Of a stretch of DNA of 64,000 nt, positions 40,171 to 54,120 are shown in pieces. The notes below the pieces were generated by a model. The model was not told where the DNA came from. It worked only from the letters and a program-made list of their open reading frames with translations, and made no database searches. The position numbers were made by a program, and so were the translations under genes. Position 1 is the stretch's first letter; the number at the start of each line of letters is the position of its first letter. This DNA is from Camelus dromedarius (lineage: Eukaryota): NCBI RefSeq assembly GCF_036321535.1, contig NC_087436.1, forward strand, positions 45,200,001 to 45,264,000, written 5' to 3'.

Positions 40171-40699
40171 AGAAAATACCATTTATAAAAGGCATACGTA
40201 TTAAGGAAATATATGAAAATAATATTACCTCATTAGTTTATGAGATGAATAGTGTAGTGACTTAGCCAATCAAAAGTAAATTTGTTCTACTCTTTTCGCA
40301 TGTGTTTCAAGGAATATTTCTTAGACTAAAGCAATAGGTATGACCTCCTAAGATATTTTGAAATGTGACATTTTGGATATGTTAGGAAAAGGAGAAAACT
40401 CTTGCTAATATTAAAGAAAGGATACACAAACACACACACAGACATCAGCTGGCATATGAGCAAGTGCATTTTCCTTGGTCTTGTACACTACAACCTGCTT
40501 CATTCTTCATTCTTCTTGCCTCTCTTCACCCCTGTTGTCCACTTTTGAGGCTGACTTGCGATCTCAGCTTAGACATTCCTACTCTGCAAAAGGCCTCCCT
40601 GATATTTTGGCCTTGGCTTAGGTCAAGGTTTCCCTCCTGTGTGCTCCCATAGCCATAGCAAAGCACATAATGCACTTCCCCGTGAATTTAACACTCTTG

Positions 40700-40950
40700 A
40701 AGCGTATAGGCCAGCTATTTTGAAGAATGTCTCCATTTGCTTTGCATGTGTGTGATATTTTCACGTTATTAGACTCAGATTACATTTATCTTCTATGATA
40801 TTCAGGAATATTACAGAAGTGATGCTGTGTTCTTAGGCACATAGTGCCCGTTTAGACGATGTTTGGTGGTGTTACATTGATCACCTGATTAAGGTGGTAT
40901 CTGTTAGCTTCTCTATCATATTGTTACATTTTTCCCCACTGTAGTTAGTA
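40700..40950 (-). mobile_element. Old L1 (L1MC/ME-like) 3' fragment
   Basis: ggccagctattttgaagaatgtc...attagactcagattac...gatcacctgattaaggtgg motifs. Confidence 0.55.
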
Positions 40951-40959
40951 TTTCACGAG

Positions 40960-41185
40960 AAGCTTCATGGTGAGAAACTGAAGTCCCCTGCCAACAACCG
41001 TGTGTGACCTTGGAAGGAGATCCTCCATTTCTTCAAATGTGTGCAAGCCCTGGCTGACAGCTTGACTGCAACCTAAGCTGATTCCAGATTTCTGACCCAT
41101 AAAACTGTGTGAGACGAATATTTATTGTTATAAGATGTTAAGTTTTGGAGTTATTTGTTACATTGCCATAGATAACTAAGACACT
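40960..41185 (+). mobile_element. MaLR (MLT1-type) LTR 3' fragment
   Basis: gctgacagcttgactgcaacc...tttctgacccataaaactgtg...ttttggagttatttgttac...atagataactaagaca. Confidence 0.7.
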
Positions 41186-41589
41186 ATATATCATTTCCTA
41201 TCTTCCAAAAGTTTTTGTCACTTTTCACCTGTTGTAGTCTTTTCTCATCTTCACTTAGGGGTTTTTTCTTTTTTTTTTTTTTTTTTTTCCTTCTTTTTTG
41301 CTGCCATTTTAATTGCACTTGGAGGAAAACAAAGATAAATCTATTCAATTCTCCACATTTTATCAGCAGTCCAAAGAAGTGAATGTTAAGCACAGATATG
41401 AAAGAGAGAAAGGGTAGGACTTAATGATGCTGTGTAAGAAAAAATTTGAGACAGAAGAAACATAAGAAAAACACTAAGAGGCAGAAGAATACATTTACAG
41501 AAAATAATAAGCAACGGAAAAAGATTTTAATTCCATATTTAGTAAATATAATTCTGATATTTTTTAAGTATAATTTTAAGAATACTTGT

Positions 41590-42070
41590 TTTATCTGTCC
41601 AGCCTCATACTCTCATCCATGGATAGAACGGTCCACCTTTGGAGGAGCTGCTTTTCCCTTTACTCAAGCTGTGCTGTTCCAGTGGAGGCTGCCAATGACA
41701 GAACTGGTCACTCTGTTCACAAGAGGAGGCATATGACCGAGGCTGGCCCTGTGGTCCCTCCCTGGGAATTTTCAAATTGGATTTAGAGAAGAGAAATAGT
41801 CCTTTTCATGATGAAGAGATGCTGTGTCAAAAGGCAGGTTCTGCAGGGCAGAAGGGTTGCAGTGCCTAGCAAGACAGAAAGCTGACTCAGAGAAGCACAA
41901 ATGAGAGCTGGCTGGGGACAGTCTAGCTGTGTCCCTGTTCCTGTGATCCTGGAGGTCCAGCTAAATCCATGCCCTTCCTGAGACATTGCTTATCAGGTCA
42001 GTATATTTCCTGTTTTGCCCACAGTAGTTCAAATTGAGTTTTTGTTACTTGCAACCCAAAGAGTTCTTCT
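41590..42070 (+). mobile_element. MaLR (MLT1J/K-like) LTR, diverged
   Basis: ggcatatgaccgaggctggcc...ttgagtttttgttacttgcaacccaaagagttct 3' end. Confidence 0.6.
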
Positions 42071-43449
42071 TCAATAGAGGGTCCCCAATAAATAGTCTTC
42101 TTCCCTGGAGAGAGCAGAAGAAAGTGTCTTTGGAGCCATGATTTGAGAGAAACTTTGGGTATCTTCAGGGGCTCCAGTGTGAGCAGAAAAATCTCATCTT
42201 CTAGAGGCCCTCTGCTAACACTCCCTGGGAAATCCTGACATGGGGAAGAAGGAGAGTTGTGCACATAAAAACACACACACACACCTGTCCAGCTTTTTTG
42301 CCAATACAATAATATTTACTGAAGGTCTATTATATTTCAGGCACTTTCACAAACATCTGTTCTGCATTAGCCTAAGAAACTTGATTTTTTTTCAGACTGT
42401 TCCTAATTATAGATGAGACAATACTTTGCATATAAAAGATGTTAAATATTAGTCTTTATGAAATGGGAAAGTTATGAGCAAAGACTCATCGTGTGTACCT
42501 TTCTATACTTTCTCTGTTTAACCACCGGTTTGGGTGTCTCTTTTACTTTCATAATAAAAGGTTACCCCAAGAAACTTGAGGCAAGATGTCAAATGCAAAT
42601 GCTATTTCAGTATTACTATTTGAATGACTTGTTTCTAAAGACATTTTGAAAAAGACTGTAAAAAGTGAACAAAAAATCCAAATTAAACTATAACTAAATA
42701 GCGTGACTTGCCTTGAAATTCTAGCTTTATTTATGTAAGTTTGTGTCCTCCAAAGGAGCGGACTGAAACAAGTCAGACCAAATCTATATAAACAGACTCA
42801 GGTTTAGGAGAACTGTCGTGTTAAAGGCATTAATTCCAACTTTGATTATTACTTTGAAACTTGGACAAGTAGTGTTTGTCCAGTAATTTCTCATGTGTTT
42901 TTCTCCCTCTCAGTCTTCTTGGGGGAAAATGGTTATGACAGCTTAAAGTTCTTTTCTGAAGAAATTTCCATACTGGCAAAGGTACCAACTTTTCACTTTC
43001 GCAGTGGGTGGTCCGGCACAGAAATTCCCCAGTGGCTGAGATTCTGGAGCCTGGCTGGGCCTCCCATAAGCTACACTGTTTAAACATTTTTATATGTAAT
43101 TTAAGATGTGAACTGTTATAATTAAAAATGGGTAATTAGATTTTTCCCATTGGAAAGTTGTAAGGAATTCCCAGCATATTCTGTAGAGTTAAGACTATAA
43201 GTCTGTGTCAGAAATTAAATTTCTTCTTGCTCGCTTTTTAAAAAATAATGTCCTATCTTAATTCCTTACTTCTCTTTTCCATTTTTTATCCTGTATTCTA
43301 TACTCCTCATTTTTTTCTTAATTGTTAAATATACACGTATATTTAAAATATAATTCATATGTTTTTGTTTTTGAAATGATTCTTTTATTTAATAAAAAGT
43401 AATTGAACACTGTTGTAAGACTCTGTGCTAGAAAAAATAAAGGATAGGA

Positions 43450-43670
43450 AGCTAATATTTATTAAGATAAGTGTTCTATTCTCAACACCTCAGTTAATTA
43501 TGAAAACAAATCTATGAAATAGGTACTGCTATTCCCATTTTACAGATGAGGAAACTGCGTTGCTAAGAGATTAATTAATTTGCCTAAGATCACCTAACTA
43601 GGAACCAGTAAAACTGAATTTAAATCTGGGATTGTTTGCCCTCCAAAGATTTTTCTCTTAACCACAATAT
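43450..43670 (-). mobile_element. MIR SINE
   Basis: cccattttacagatgaggaaactg...ttgcctaagatcac MIR core. Confidence 0.8.
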
Positions 43671-43929
43671 ACTGTGTTTCTACTCATTAACCCAAACCAA
43701 TATATAATACTACCCAACTCATTCTGTGATGGTTTCAACTCAGAAACAACCACCTCTAAGTAACACAGATGTGCTAACTACTACATACAGAATGATACTA
43801 TGTCAGTAGAAAGCTTAAAATATATAAGAAGAGATAAGTCATGTAAGCATATAACTGGAACCTAAGTTAGAAGTCAGTCAGCACCTTAGGAGTCTTACAA
43901 AGTACCTGGGACTTTCAGAAAAGAGTGAG

Positions 43930-44500
43930 CATACTTCTGGTTAGGAGGATTAAGACATCACGTTTGAGATTCCTTTTGATTTTGACTTTGAAAGATGGGC
44001 AGGGTTTTAAGAGAAGTGAAGGGAGAGCATTTCAGGCAGAGCAAAAAGCACAACAAAGACTTAATAGTAGCTGTGTGAGTTTGGTGAACCAAGAAAAATC
44101 CAGTCTGGGGAAGTGGTGAAAGATAAGGCTGGCAAACGGAACTGTGGCTAGAATGTGGCAGTCATTGAAAGCTAGACTAAAAAGTTTGGAGTTCATTGTG
44201 TAGGCCCTGAGCAGATGGAAGTGAGGTTTTTGAGTAGCATAGTAAATGGATAGATGCTGTGCTTTAGTGACTTAATGTGGCGAGGATGTGTAACCAAATT
44301 GCCACAAGAATTAAATTAAAAGTTTTAAATTGGTGCATGATAGAGAGAAAAGAGGAAATAGAGCTGAGAAAGTTGGGAAAAAAAAAAAACTACACTGGAT
44401 GAGTTTAGGGAAAGGGCAAATTCAAACAAACTTCAAGTTTTTGAATAATAAACTTCCGTTATTCTGACTGAATGATGCGGCCATTAGCAGAAATATGGAA
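43930..44500 (-). mobile_element. L2 LINE fragment, diverged
   Basis: gagcatttcaggcagagc...aaagac...gaaagataaggctgg...aagtttggagttcattgtgtaggc pattern. Confidence 0.55.
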
Positions 44501-45779
44501 ATGCTATTCATTTTGAAGAGTAATTTCTTAAATTGGGTGAACAAGAAAAGGAATCACGGCAAGAAAGACAGTGAGAAATACAGTTTTGGAATTGCAACAT
44601 CGGCAAGGCCAGATTTTCCAGATACAAAATTCCCCCATTGATGCGTTCAACCAAGACTGATTTTACTGAGAGGGCAAGTTGATGGCAACCTGTTATGATT
44701 TGTAAGGCAGCCCAAAGTTTGTCAAAACTTTTATTTGTTAGCTGTATCAGAAAATCCGCACCATAAGATGTCTTAAGATGGATTCAGGCATCAACAACAA
44801 AAGGTTCCTAAGTATTATTAGATTGCCCAACTTCTTTAAGAAAAAAAAAGTCAAACTTTCATAGAGATTGAAAAAGATTCCCGTCTTGGAATGCTGGGGG
44901 CAGGCTTTGGTGGGGTATTGGTACAGGCAAGAGGAGCTGGGTACCAAGAAACTTGGGGGGGGGGGAATTCATGATCTCTCAATAATTTAGTAAACAATTC
45001 ACCCATTAAAAATATTTTTGAAGGATCAACCAGGCATAGGGCATCTTGCTAAGTCCAATGGGAGAAAACAACAGCAATGACAAAAAAAAAAAAAAAAACA
45101 GAAACAAAAACAAAAAACCTGTTTCTATTCTTATGTGGTTCGGTGAGCAAAGATAATGAATTTATCTTATCTCATAATTTGGTTACTGGCTGATATTTTG
45201 TGTACAGCCCTAGCAAATAAGTTACATGTTTCCAGATTAGAAAATTCAAAGCATTATAACCTTTTGTACTCATTTGTGAGGGTTTTGTCTGTCTAATTCA
45301 TCCGTCTTTCAAAATGCACTGGAGTTCCTGGTAAAGTTGGAGCTGCCCATTGTTCAGTGCACTATATCATCATGGTGCGTGGGAGAACTGGACTCTTATT
45401 TATGTTGGACAGAAAATTAACTTAATGTATGTGCTATTTCTGTAATGGTGCAGGTGAGGATATATGTACTTACTTTATCAACTTTAAATGTATAAATAGA
45501 CCTAGAGACACAAGTGTATAGCAAGATTTTTATCAACACATTGCATTTTTAAAATTCCATAGCATAGCATACTTATCAACAATTCAAAGCTGGGGAGTAT
45601 TGTTGATATGAGAGTTAAAATTCAAAAACATCTGAATAGGTTGAAATAAAGAATTGAAACTACAATTGGAATTTAATGTTCAATATGGGTAATTTTTATG
45701 TTTAAAAAAATCAGTAAATACCAAAAGTGATGAAGTTGGCTTAATAGATTAAAATTAAATTATCAGGGATTTTAGTGGA

Positions 45780-48285
45780 TGTAGTAGCCAGCCTTCACGA
45801 TTTATTCCAGGTTCCTATAATTCACATCTTGTAGCCCCCTTTCACGATGAATAAGTTTGATCTATGTCACTAATAGGCTTTGTGGAAATAATGATGTGTG
45901 CTTCCAAGGCTGGGGCATAAAAGATATGGCAGCTTCTGCTGTACTTCTTTTGGATCACTTTCTCTGGGGAAGAAGTAGCTGCCATGAGGACACTCAGGCT
46001 GCCCTATGAAGAAATCCATGTGGTAAGGAACTGAGGCTGCCTGCCAACAGCCAGTAGGAACTTTCCAGCCATGTGAAAGAACATCTCTGAAGCAGAACCT
46101 ACAGCTTCAGTTAAACTTTCAGATGGCTACAACCTCAGCCACTCTCCTGAATCCAACCTCATGAAAGACCTTGAACTAGGACCACTCAGTTAAGCTGCCC
46201 CCAAATTCCTGACTCTGAGAAACTGAGATACTAAATGTTTATTGATGTTTTGAGGCACTAAATTTTGCAGTAATTTTATTGACACATTAGTAGATAATAT
46301 ATTTGGAAGTGGGCTGCTGCCATAACAAATCCTAAAAATGTGGGTAAGGCATTGGAATTAGGCAGTGGCAGAAACTAAAAGAATGTTGAAGACAGTATTA
46401 GTGGAAGTTGAAAATGTCTTGAACAGACTGTAATTATAAGCCTCATAGTCTCTGAAGAGGCTGCTGGTGAGGAAAACGTTACTGGAAACCGAGAAAAGGA
46501 GAACAGTTTTATGATGTTGGCAGAAGGTTGAGCAACACTGTCACCTGCAGTGATGTGGGACCTGAAAAATGTATCTAATAACATGAATGATCTAGTTAAG
46601 AGATTTTCAGTTAGAGTGTTAACGTTGCTGCTTGCTTTCTTCTTTCTGCTTATGGTCAAATGAGAAAGAGGTAAGATAAGCTAAAGGAAGGATTGTTAAA
46701 CCAAAAAAAGCCAAGACTTGTTAGTCTTGAAAACTGCCAGCCTCTCGAGATGGGATACAATGCAAAAACAAAGAAATGGCTTCTGAGCAAAGATTAAATC
46801 CAGGTACTGTGAGACAAACATAGTATAAAAATGAAGCTGACACTATGACTGTACAGTCCTTTGTTAAGATTTGCTAAGGTTACAACTCAAGAGAGCTATT
46901 CAGTCGACATTAGGGCTTCTAGGAAGCTTAAGTGTACTGTCCTTCAGTCATCTTAGCAGAAATCCTACATAAATAAGGAATTATCTCAAACAGATTTGTA
47001 GGTGTGGCTTTTGTATAATGGAGTAAACCTTAGTAAGATTCACAGGAGACCCACAAAATTTTAAAGATTATTTAATTGTTAGAAACATCAGCAGCTTGGA
47101 CTGAAAGGAACAGATATAGAACAAAAGGAAAAGAGGCCTTTGGACCTAAAGACTTCTATAAACAGGAACCAGACTGAGAAAACTACACAGCTTTAAACCT
47201 AGACTACCTTCATGGAAAAATAAATTGACTCACAATGCAGACCAGGAGCTTAGAGGTCACAGTGAAGAGTCATGGAAAGCCATCCCCAAGAAGCAGCAGG
47301 AATAAATTCCAGTGAAAGAACTTCCAGTATGTGCCTACCTGGACTACAGAATTACTATGGACCAGTGATTCCAGTATTCCTCTTGTTTTCTGCCCTTTGA
47401 AGAGGAACATCCATAGTGGTCATCCAATTCCTGCTCCACCATTGTCTGTTGAGTGTGTGTGGGGGTGGGGGGTGGGGGGTAGGCTGGGTTGGCAGTGAAC
47501 AGATATCTTATCTCTAAAGAGATAAGGTCTTCACAGGTCTTCAGATTAAAGAACTATTCTCAAGGAGCTGTGCTCAAGGAACCACTCCCAGAAAGCTTCA
47601 TCCACATCTAGGTCTGGTTGAGATGACAAGATTCTAGACTTTGAGATGGTGCTGTAATGGGATAAGATTTTTGGTGGCCTTGAGGCGGTATTAGTATAAT
47701 TTACCTGTGGGAGGGAGACTAGTCAATGGTGGGGGTGGGTAGAGGATGGACTCCAGGGCCAACCTCCAACATGCCCCCAAATTATTCTTGCTTCCTGGGA
47801 CTTATGCCCCTGTGTGGACCCTTCCCTCCCACACTGGATAGGGCTGACTAGTGCAGCCAACAGTATATTATGGAAATGACAATATATGGATTCCAAAACT
47901 AGGACGTAAAAGATTGTGGCTTCTGCCTTGCTCTCTCTTGGATCACTCACTCTGGGGGAAGTGAAGTATCATGTCATTTCATGAGGACACTCCAGCAGCC
48001 CTAAGGACAGGTCCATATGGTAAGGAACTGAGCCAGCATGAACTTGACTGCCATAAAAATGGACCAAAGTAGAAGCAGATCCTCCAGCCCCAGTCAAGCT
48101 TTCAGAGGACTGTAGATCTAGCTGAGATTTTAACTGTAACCTCCTGAGAGACACTAAACCGGGACTACCCAGCTAGGCTGCTCTCAAATTCCCAAGCCAC
48201 AGAAATTTTGAAAAATAATAAATATTGTTGTTTTCAGCCACTAAATTTTGGGGTAATTTTTATGCAGCAACAGATAACTAAAACA
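45780..48285 (+). mobile_element. MaLR provirus (MLT1F/G-like): LTR ~45780-46301, internal region ~46302-47750, LTR ~47752-48285
   Basis: Two similar LTRs (both contain ggatcact..ctctggggga, atgaggacactc, ggtaaggaactgag, cactaaattttg, agataa). TG...CA termini and a 5-bp TSD gtgga/atgga. Confidence 0.85.
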
Positions 48286-48789
48286 ATGGACTACAATCTC
48301 ATTATGAGGCAACAGAATGAAATGCCTGCTTAAAAATATTATGTGCTTTTCGACTGTATCAGTGGAACAAAGTTCCACATCAACTACGGTAATAGTTTGT
48401 TTCTAGATATATCAATTTAAGATACTGTACACAGTTTGAGTAACATACTTTGAAAGGCATTGAAAACACACTGAGAGCACTAAAAGACTATCAGGATAGT
48501 AAAGACTTAACAAAATACAACATGGAGAGTACCTGAGAACAGCTGGTGATTTGTGCATGAGAACACCTGGTAATACACTGAGTAGACGTAGGGGTGATGT
48601 GACATCTGTACATGTATTTAGGGCATTAGCATGAGAAATATGTAATAGACATATCCTGCATGTTCTGTGTTCCTTCCAAGGGGAGAAAAAGAATGAAAGG
48701 CTAAAAGTCATAGAACAATAGACTTCAACACAGAGAAGCATTTTTTTGATGCTTCCAATTCTCTAAAAAAAGAAAAAGAAAAACTACAC

Positions 48790-48990
48790 AGGAGGTACAA
48801 ACTGCTATGTATAAAGTAAATAAGCTACAAGGATATGTTGTACAGCACAGGGAGTATAGCTAATATTTTATAAAGCTTAAATTTATAAACTTTACAACAT
48901 CTATAAAAATATTGAATCACTGTGTTGTATAACTGAAACCAATATAATATTGTAAATCAACTATACTTCAATAAAACAAAACATAAATAT
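48790..48990 (+). mobile_element. Short L1 3'-end (L1MA-like)
   Basis: gaggtacaaact...ggatatgttgtacagcacaggg...tgtaaatcaactatacttcaataaaa. Confidence 0.8.
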
Positions 48991-51900
48991 ACAAAGAAGA
49001 TGAGTTGATGTCCTCATTCTTAAAAAATATCTCAGGAATTACTGCTAGGAAAATATTTACAATTATGAAAACAACATGCCTGTAATACTTTTATTTATTA
49101 GATAATTTTGTCCAATGTAATAATATTTCTTTAAACAGAAGTGTGAGAAGAAACTATACTCGTTTCCAATTGCCTCTGAAGTTATTAAAGAATCTTTTCT
49201 CAGTTTTACCATCTATAAATTACGATTAATATTTATATAAAACATATATGAATGTTATGCAAACATTGGCTTGTTATCTATTGTGCTTTGAAGATGAAGA
49301 TTCTGATAATTGTGGAATACTTTAAAATATAGTTTCATTTCTCAAATTTATTAAGACAGGGATCATATGTTCACTGAATAATTCATATTAAGATACCAAC
49401 CTTAAGTATGAAGTAAACATTTTTTTTGATGTTACACAGGCTCAGGGTCCGGTAAAAGCCCATTCTTAGCTTGCTGTTTAGGAAAATCTCATGTTCAAGA
49501 TCTTTTCTTATCATTGATCCTCAAGGCTAAGCCTCCCAAGTTATTTTTCCATCATCGTTATTTTTATTTTATATTACCAGTATAGATTAAGTAGAAAAAT
49601 ATATAAGGCAAAGTGCTCATAAATATATCAACATTTGAACATGGATACTTGCCTTTCAAAATCTTAGTTAATATGCCAAGATTTTTAGATTGGAGTTCAA
49701 AGTTCTTAAGTTCTTTGCTTTATAACTGAGGGGGAATGTCTGCTTTTTTCACTTCTTACAAAATGTTTCTAGCCTATGAGCCTTACCAGTCCCTGGGATC
49801 CACTGGGATTAACATTTATGAACTGCAAATACACAAAAAGCAAAGGGCCAAGGCTTTCCAAATAGGTATAAATTTGCTTTTCTTGTGTAGTAAATGAGGT
49901 AATCTTAATTATCGTTAAGGAGAATGGAGCACACTCATTTTCTACATATATTGCAATTAAATTGTTTCTTTAAAAACTGAATTGGTTTGGGTTTAGAATC
50001 TGGAAAATGTGTAAGAAAGTATATTTCTGATAATTACAGGAGTTTCCACTTTTCATGTTGGATGGCTATTTATGTGTGACAATGTTAAATATTTAAAATA
50101 CTGAAAAATTAATGTATTTAGTTTCCATCTTTGAAAGGCTGAGGGCTTTTTAATTCTAAAGGCACTGTTAAACTATGTTTGAAGATTTAGTTTTAAGGAC
50201 ATTATAGTCTAAACTAACTAAAATGTTGAATGTCTCTGAATATGGAGCATAATGTTTTACTGCTATGTATTTATTTCCTATAATGGAAGCTAACTTCATA
50301 TAATTTTAAAAGAAAATAAAATTTAGAATGTAGAATAAATGGATTTCTATTTTCTCAATCATCTCTATAAATCATATGCCAGTATCAAAATATATTATTC
50401 TTATTGATATATAGAATATTTATGAAAGTTCAATATTCCTTTAAGTCATAGCTTAAAGTGAGTTTTCAGCATTTGACTTCAAAGAAAATTAATTTACCCT
50501 CAACTTACATAATCCTTGGCCCTAATATATTAATTATAGTTCTTCCTTTGTGGCTCTGATGTTTACACTTTAATTCACAGCAAGATAACATGTGAAATGA
50601 CACTATCAGTGCAACAAAGGATATGCATCTTCATATTTTAGAATACAATTTCATGGAGACTTTGATACATTATTATAGTTCATTTCATCCTATGATTAAC
50701 TTGGTGCATTATAACACTGTAGAAATAAATATACACTACTTAAATAGTGTAATGGGAAAAAGAGATTCAGTGTGGAATATACTGACCATTACCAGGGATT
50801 CATGGGTCACCTATCCTCTTTATTCATCTTTAAGTAAAAACAAGACCAAAACCATCAATTCAATAGCACAAGTGTTCAGATTACATTTCGTTAAAAAGGA
50901 TTTTAGGGAAGAGTTTGGGGAATATCATTTGGAGAACATGTGGCCCATCCACATACAAATGAATAGTAGTAACTACTTGACTTGGAGTTGCCAGAATTGA
51001 CCATTCGTATACTGAACATGTCTCATATATTGGAAGACTCTAAAACTTTTCTTTAGCTCTGAGCTTTTCTGATGATTTCCTAGTGATTAAAAAAAGAAGA
51101 AGAAGAAATGCTACTCCTTTTAGTAAAGGATTTGAGAAAACTTTTTAAGTGCATAGGTTTTTTTAAACATAAATGTAATTAAATTATTGGGGAAATTTTA
51201 TTTTTAAAACATCATTAAATTGTGAGCTAAATTGGATATCACTTCTTTGTATCCTCAGATCCTAACAGTATCCAACACCAGGTAGAAATTCACTAAGTAT
51301 GTATTGAATGAATTATTTTACAAATAAAATAAAACTATCATTTAAAAACATTAGCACCTTGGTATTATTAAGTTTGGAATTAATTCAATAGTAACAACTC
51401 AGTTTATTTTGTTTTCAAAGGCCAAATCTATATCATTCAACATTAACATTTTATAGGTAACCAAAACTTAATATAGTTAGGCACAATTGTATAAATATCA
51501 CTTATTAATTCCACATTCATTTTAAACTAATATGGAATTAATAAGTGTCTTTCTGGCTAAAAGCCCAAGTATGAAAAATAGGATGAATTGTTGAGGGTAA
51601 GTGACAAACAGGTAAAAAATAGAGATGTATAACAGAAATGTGAATAGGTCTGAACATCTCACATATTGCTAACTAGAATAAGCATCTTTACTTAATTGAA
51701 TCTGGAGTTTATTTGCATTTGTACCAGACACTTGGAAACTAGCTACTGTTACTGTTACTAGCTATTGTTGAACTTTTAATGGATCAGATGCTATGCCAAT
51801 TTTAATAGGCAGTAATTATTTTGTCTAAAAGTACGTGAAAATTAAAACAAAAAGGAAATGCTGACAGATGTTCAGCTAAATTATTACTACCTTGGACTTC

Positions 51901-53369
51901 ATCTTGTGTTTTCAAGTTCTCTTTTCTCCTCAAAAGCTTTAAGAAAACCTCTAAACATCTTCACTGAGATCTGTTTCTTGAATTCTGCATACTTTTATTC
52001 TCAGATTATGTTACATGTCCAGATTCACTCTAGGACTGCTAAATATAGATAAGTAATACTAATTTACTAAAAAGAACTGCTCCCTCTAGTGAATTCATAG
52101 TATTACTTCACTTTTTGGCACTGCTGCGCTAAGTAATTTAATAAATGATACAAATAATGATGACTATTAGGTTGATGATAGTGGTCTGGCCTACTTTTGT
52201 GGTGTTAAATACTAATGTTTTCTGTGCTTGAATACAGGGAAGTTTCATAATGACTGATAAGAGCTGCTTGCTGGATATTTTAGAACACTACATTAAAAAA
52301 CTCTGCATTTTAAAAATAATTTATTTCTAAAACTCTTTGGATTACTTTTGAAACACATTTGGTGCCAAGTCATTTTGAGGGCTATGATCGTTAAGCAAAG
52401 TAAAAAGAGGGAATTAAAACAATTGCCCTAATAGTCAAATTATGGTTGAAAGAAGTTTAACTGGAAATCTAATTCTATTAACTGGAAATCTAAATGCCTG
52501 TCTTTGCTCTGGTTACCATATACCTCAGACAAATTAGACATTATTAACATTATTCCACTCTACTAGTCAAAAATACTGAGCAACAAATGATATAGATACA
52601 AAAATATTTGAAATTCTTTGCAGTTATACTTAAATTTCTATTACAATACCTGCATATAAAGTAAAACAGTGGGACTGCTGTGAAAGGAAGAGCATGATTT
52701 CTCAATTTGTTAATGCAAGACCTAGCCTTCAGATGACTCATTCTAAATCACAGGAAGGAGAAATTAATATTGAGAAGTTGTCCAGGTGATTACATTTATA
52801 CATCTAATTAATTTAAATGGGACAATAATAATAGAGCAAAACAAAAGGAAATCAGTCTGGAGACTCACTTTTCTTTTAAAGCACGATTCCATTTTCTGGG
52901 GAATTTGAATTATTTCTGTATTCGACTACTTTCCCGCAATAGGCAAAGCCTTTTTATAATGTAATTTCAGTTATTAAAGCAGATGGTATGGGTTACCAAT
53001 CCTATCGAGTTAGCTTTTCTGAATCAGTAATAATAGAGTAACTCCAGCAAGTTTACGTAGCTTTCACCTTCCAAGTGCTCAGCAAATATTAATTCATCAT
53101 TGCTGCACTCTCATGAGGAGGTAGGAATTTTTAATAAATAAAATATAATAAAATATATTCTAGATTAATTTACTTGAAGGCACCTGTGAAAGACAAGCAG
53201 AAAAACTAAAAAATTAAATGATTATATTAATTAGATGAAAGAAGGTAATATTGTTTTATGATTCACTCTCCCTTGGAGTCATTTCAGGAGGAGCTCGTGG
53301 GAGTAAGGGGCCTGTCAAGGTTTTAAAATTTTTGTTTCCACCCTCCTTTCTCAAATGAAGGAACAATTA

Positions 53370-54120
53370 GCAGCCTTGCCAGGGAGATGTGACTGAGTCC
53401 AGGCAAGGTGAGCCCAGGTCTCGCGAACCCGCGCGTCCAGCCCTTCCCCACTTCACGGGACCCCAACGAACAGAAGCCCCGCCCCCAACGCCGGGAGGCG
53501 CCCGCGGCCCCCTTGGTCGCTCACCTGCCAGGCGAGGCGGGGATCCCGGTCCGGCGAGCCCAGTTAGGTAGGTCCTGCCCAGGGTATCAGTCACCTCTGC
53601 CTTTTCCAGCGGCTTCCTTCGTTCCCTCCATGACCAAGCGCGCCACGTACTTGAGAAGCCCGGAGCTTCGTCCTGGACCTGCCGGCCTCTCTGCGCGCGC
53701 CTCTTGCTCCTTGCTTGGAGGTGGAGCGGGGCTCTGGCCTGGAGGAGGCCTGGGCCGGAGCCCGAGGCCCGCAGTCCTGCGGCGCGGGCTGGTGGACGGC
53801 GGACGGTGGGCAATGGAGGGGGTCCCGGCGGGCCGAGGTGCGGGGTCCGGGCCGGGTGTGCAGGCGCCGTGCGCGGGTCCGGCCTCACCTGCCTGCGCTC
53901 CTTGCGCGTCGCGACCCCCGCGCGGCCCGGCCGAGGAAGGAGCGGAGAAGGCGGGCGGCTGGGCCCCTGAGAGCAAGGAGGGTGTTCACACACCGGGAAG
54001 GCGCGCGAGGTTTGCGGCCTTCGCCATCCCACGCGCTCCCTCACGGTGGGGCCTGATTACAGGTCGAGGGAGGCGACGGTGTGTCAAAGGGCGCTTGGCC
54101 TCTCTCACAGAGTGACTTAG
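53370..54120. promoter_or_regulatory. Orphan CpG island in AT-rich intergenic DNA
   Basis: Abrupt ~750 bp GC/CpG-rich block with a GC box (CCCCGCCCC ~53477) and minus-strand splice donors. Confidence 0.8.

Noticed and set aside
52075..52095. CTCF-like motif CTGCTCCCTCTAGTGA (similar partial matches near 26255, 33956 and 55066)
   Set aside because: Each misses conserved core positions and cannot be supported without a PWM scan or ChIP data
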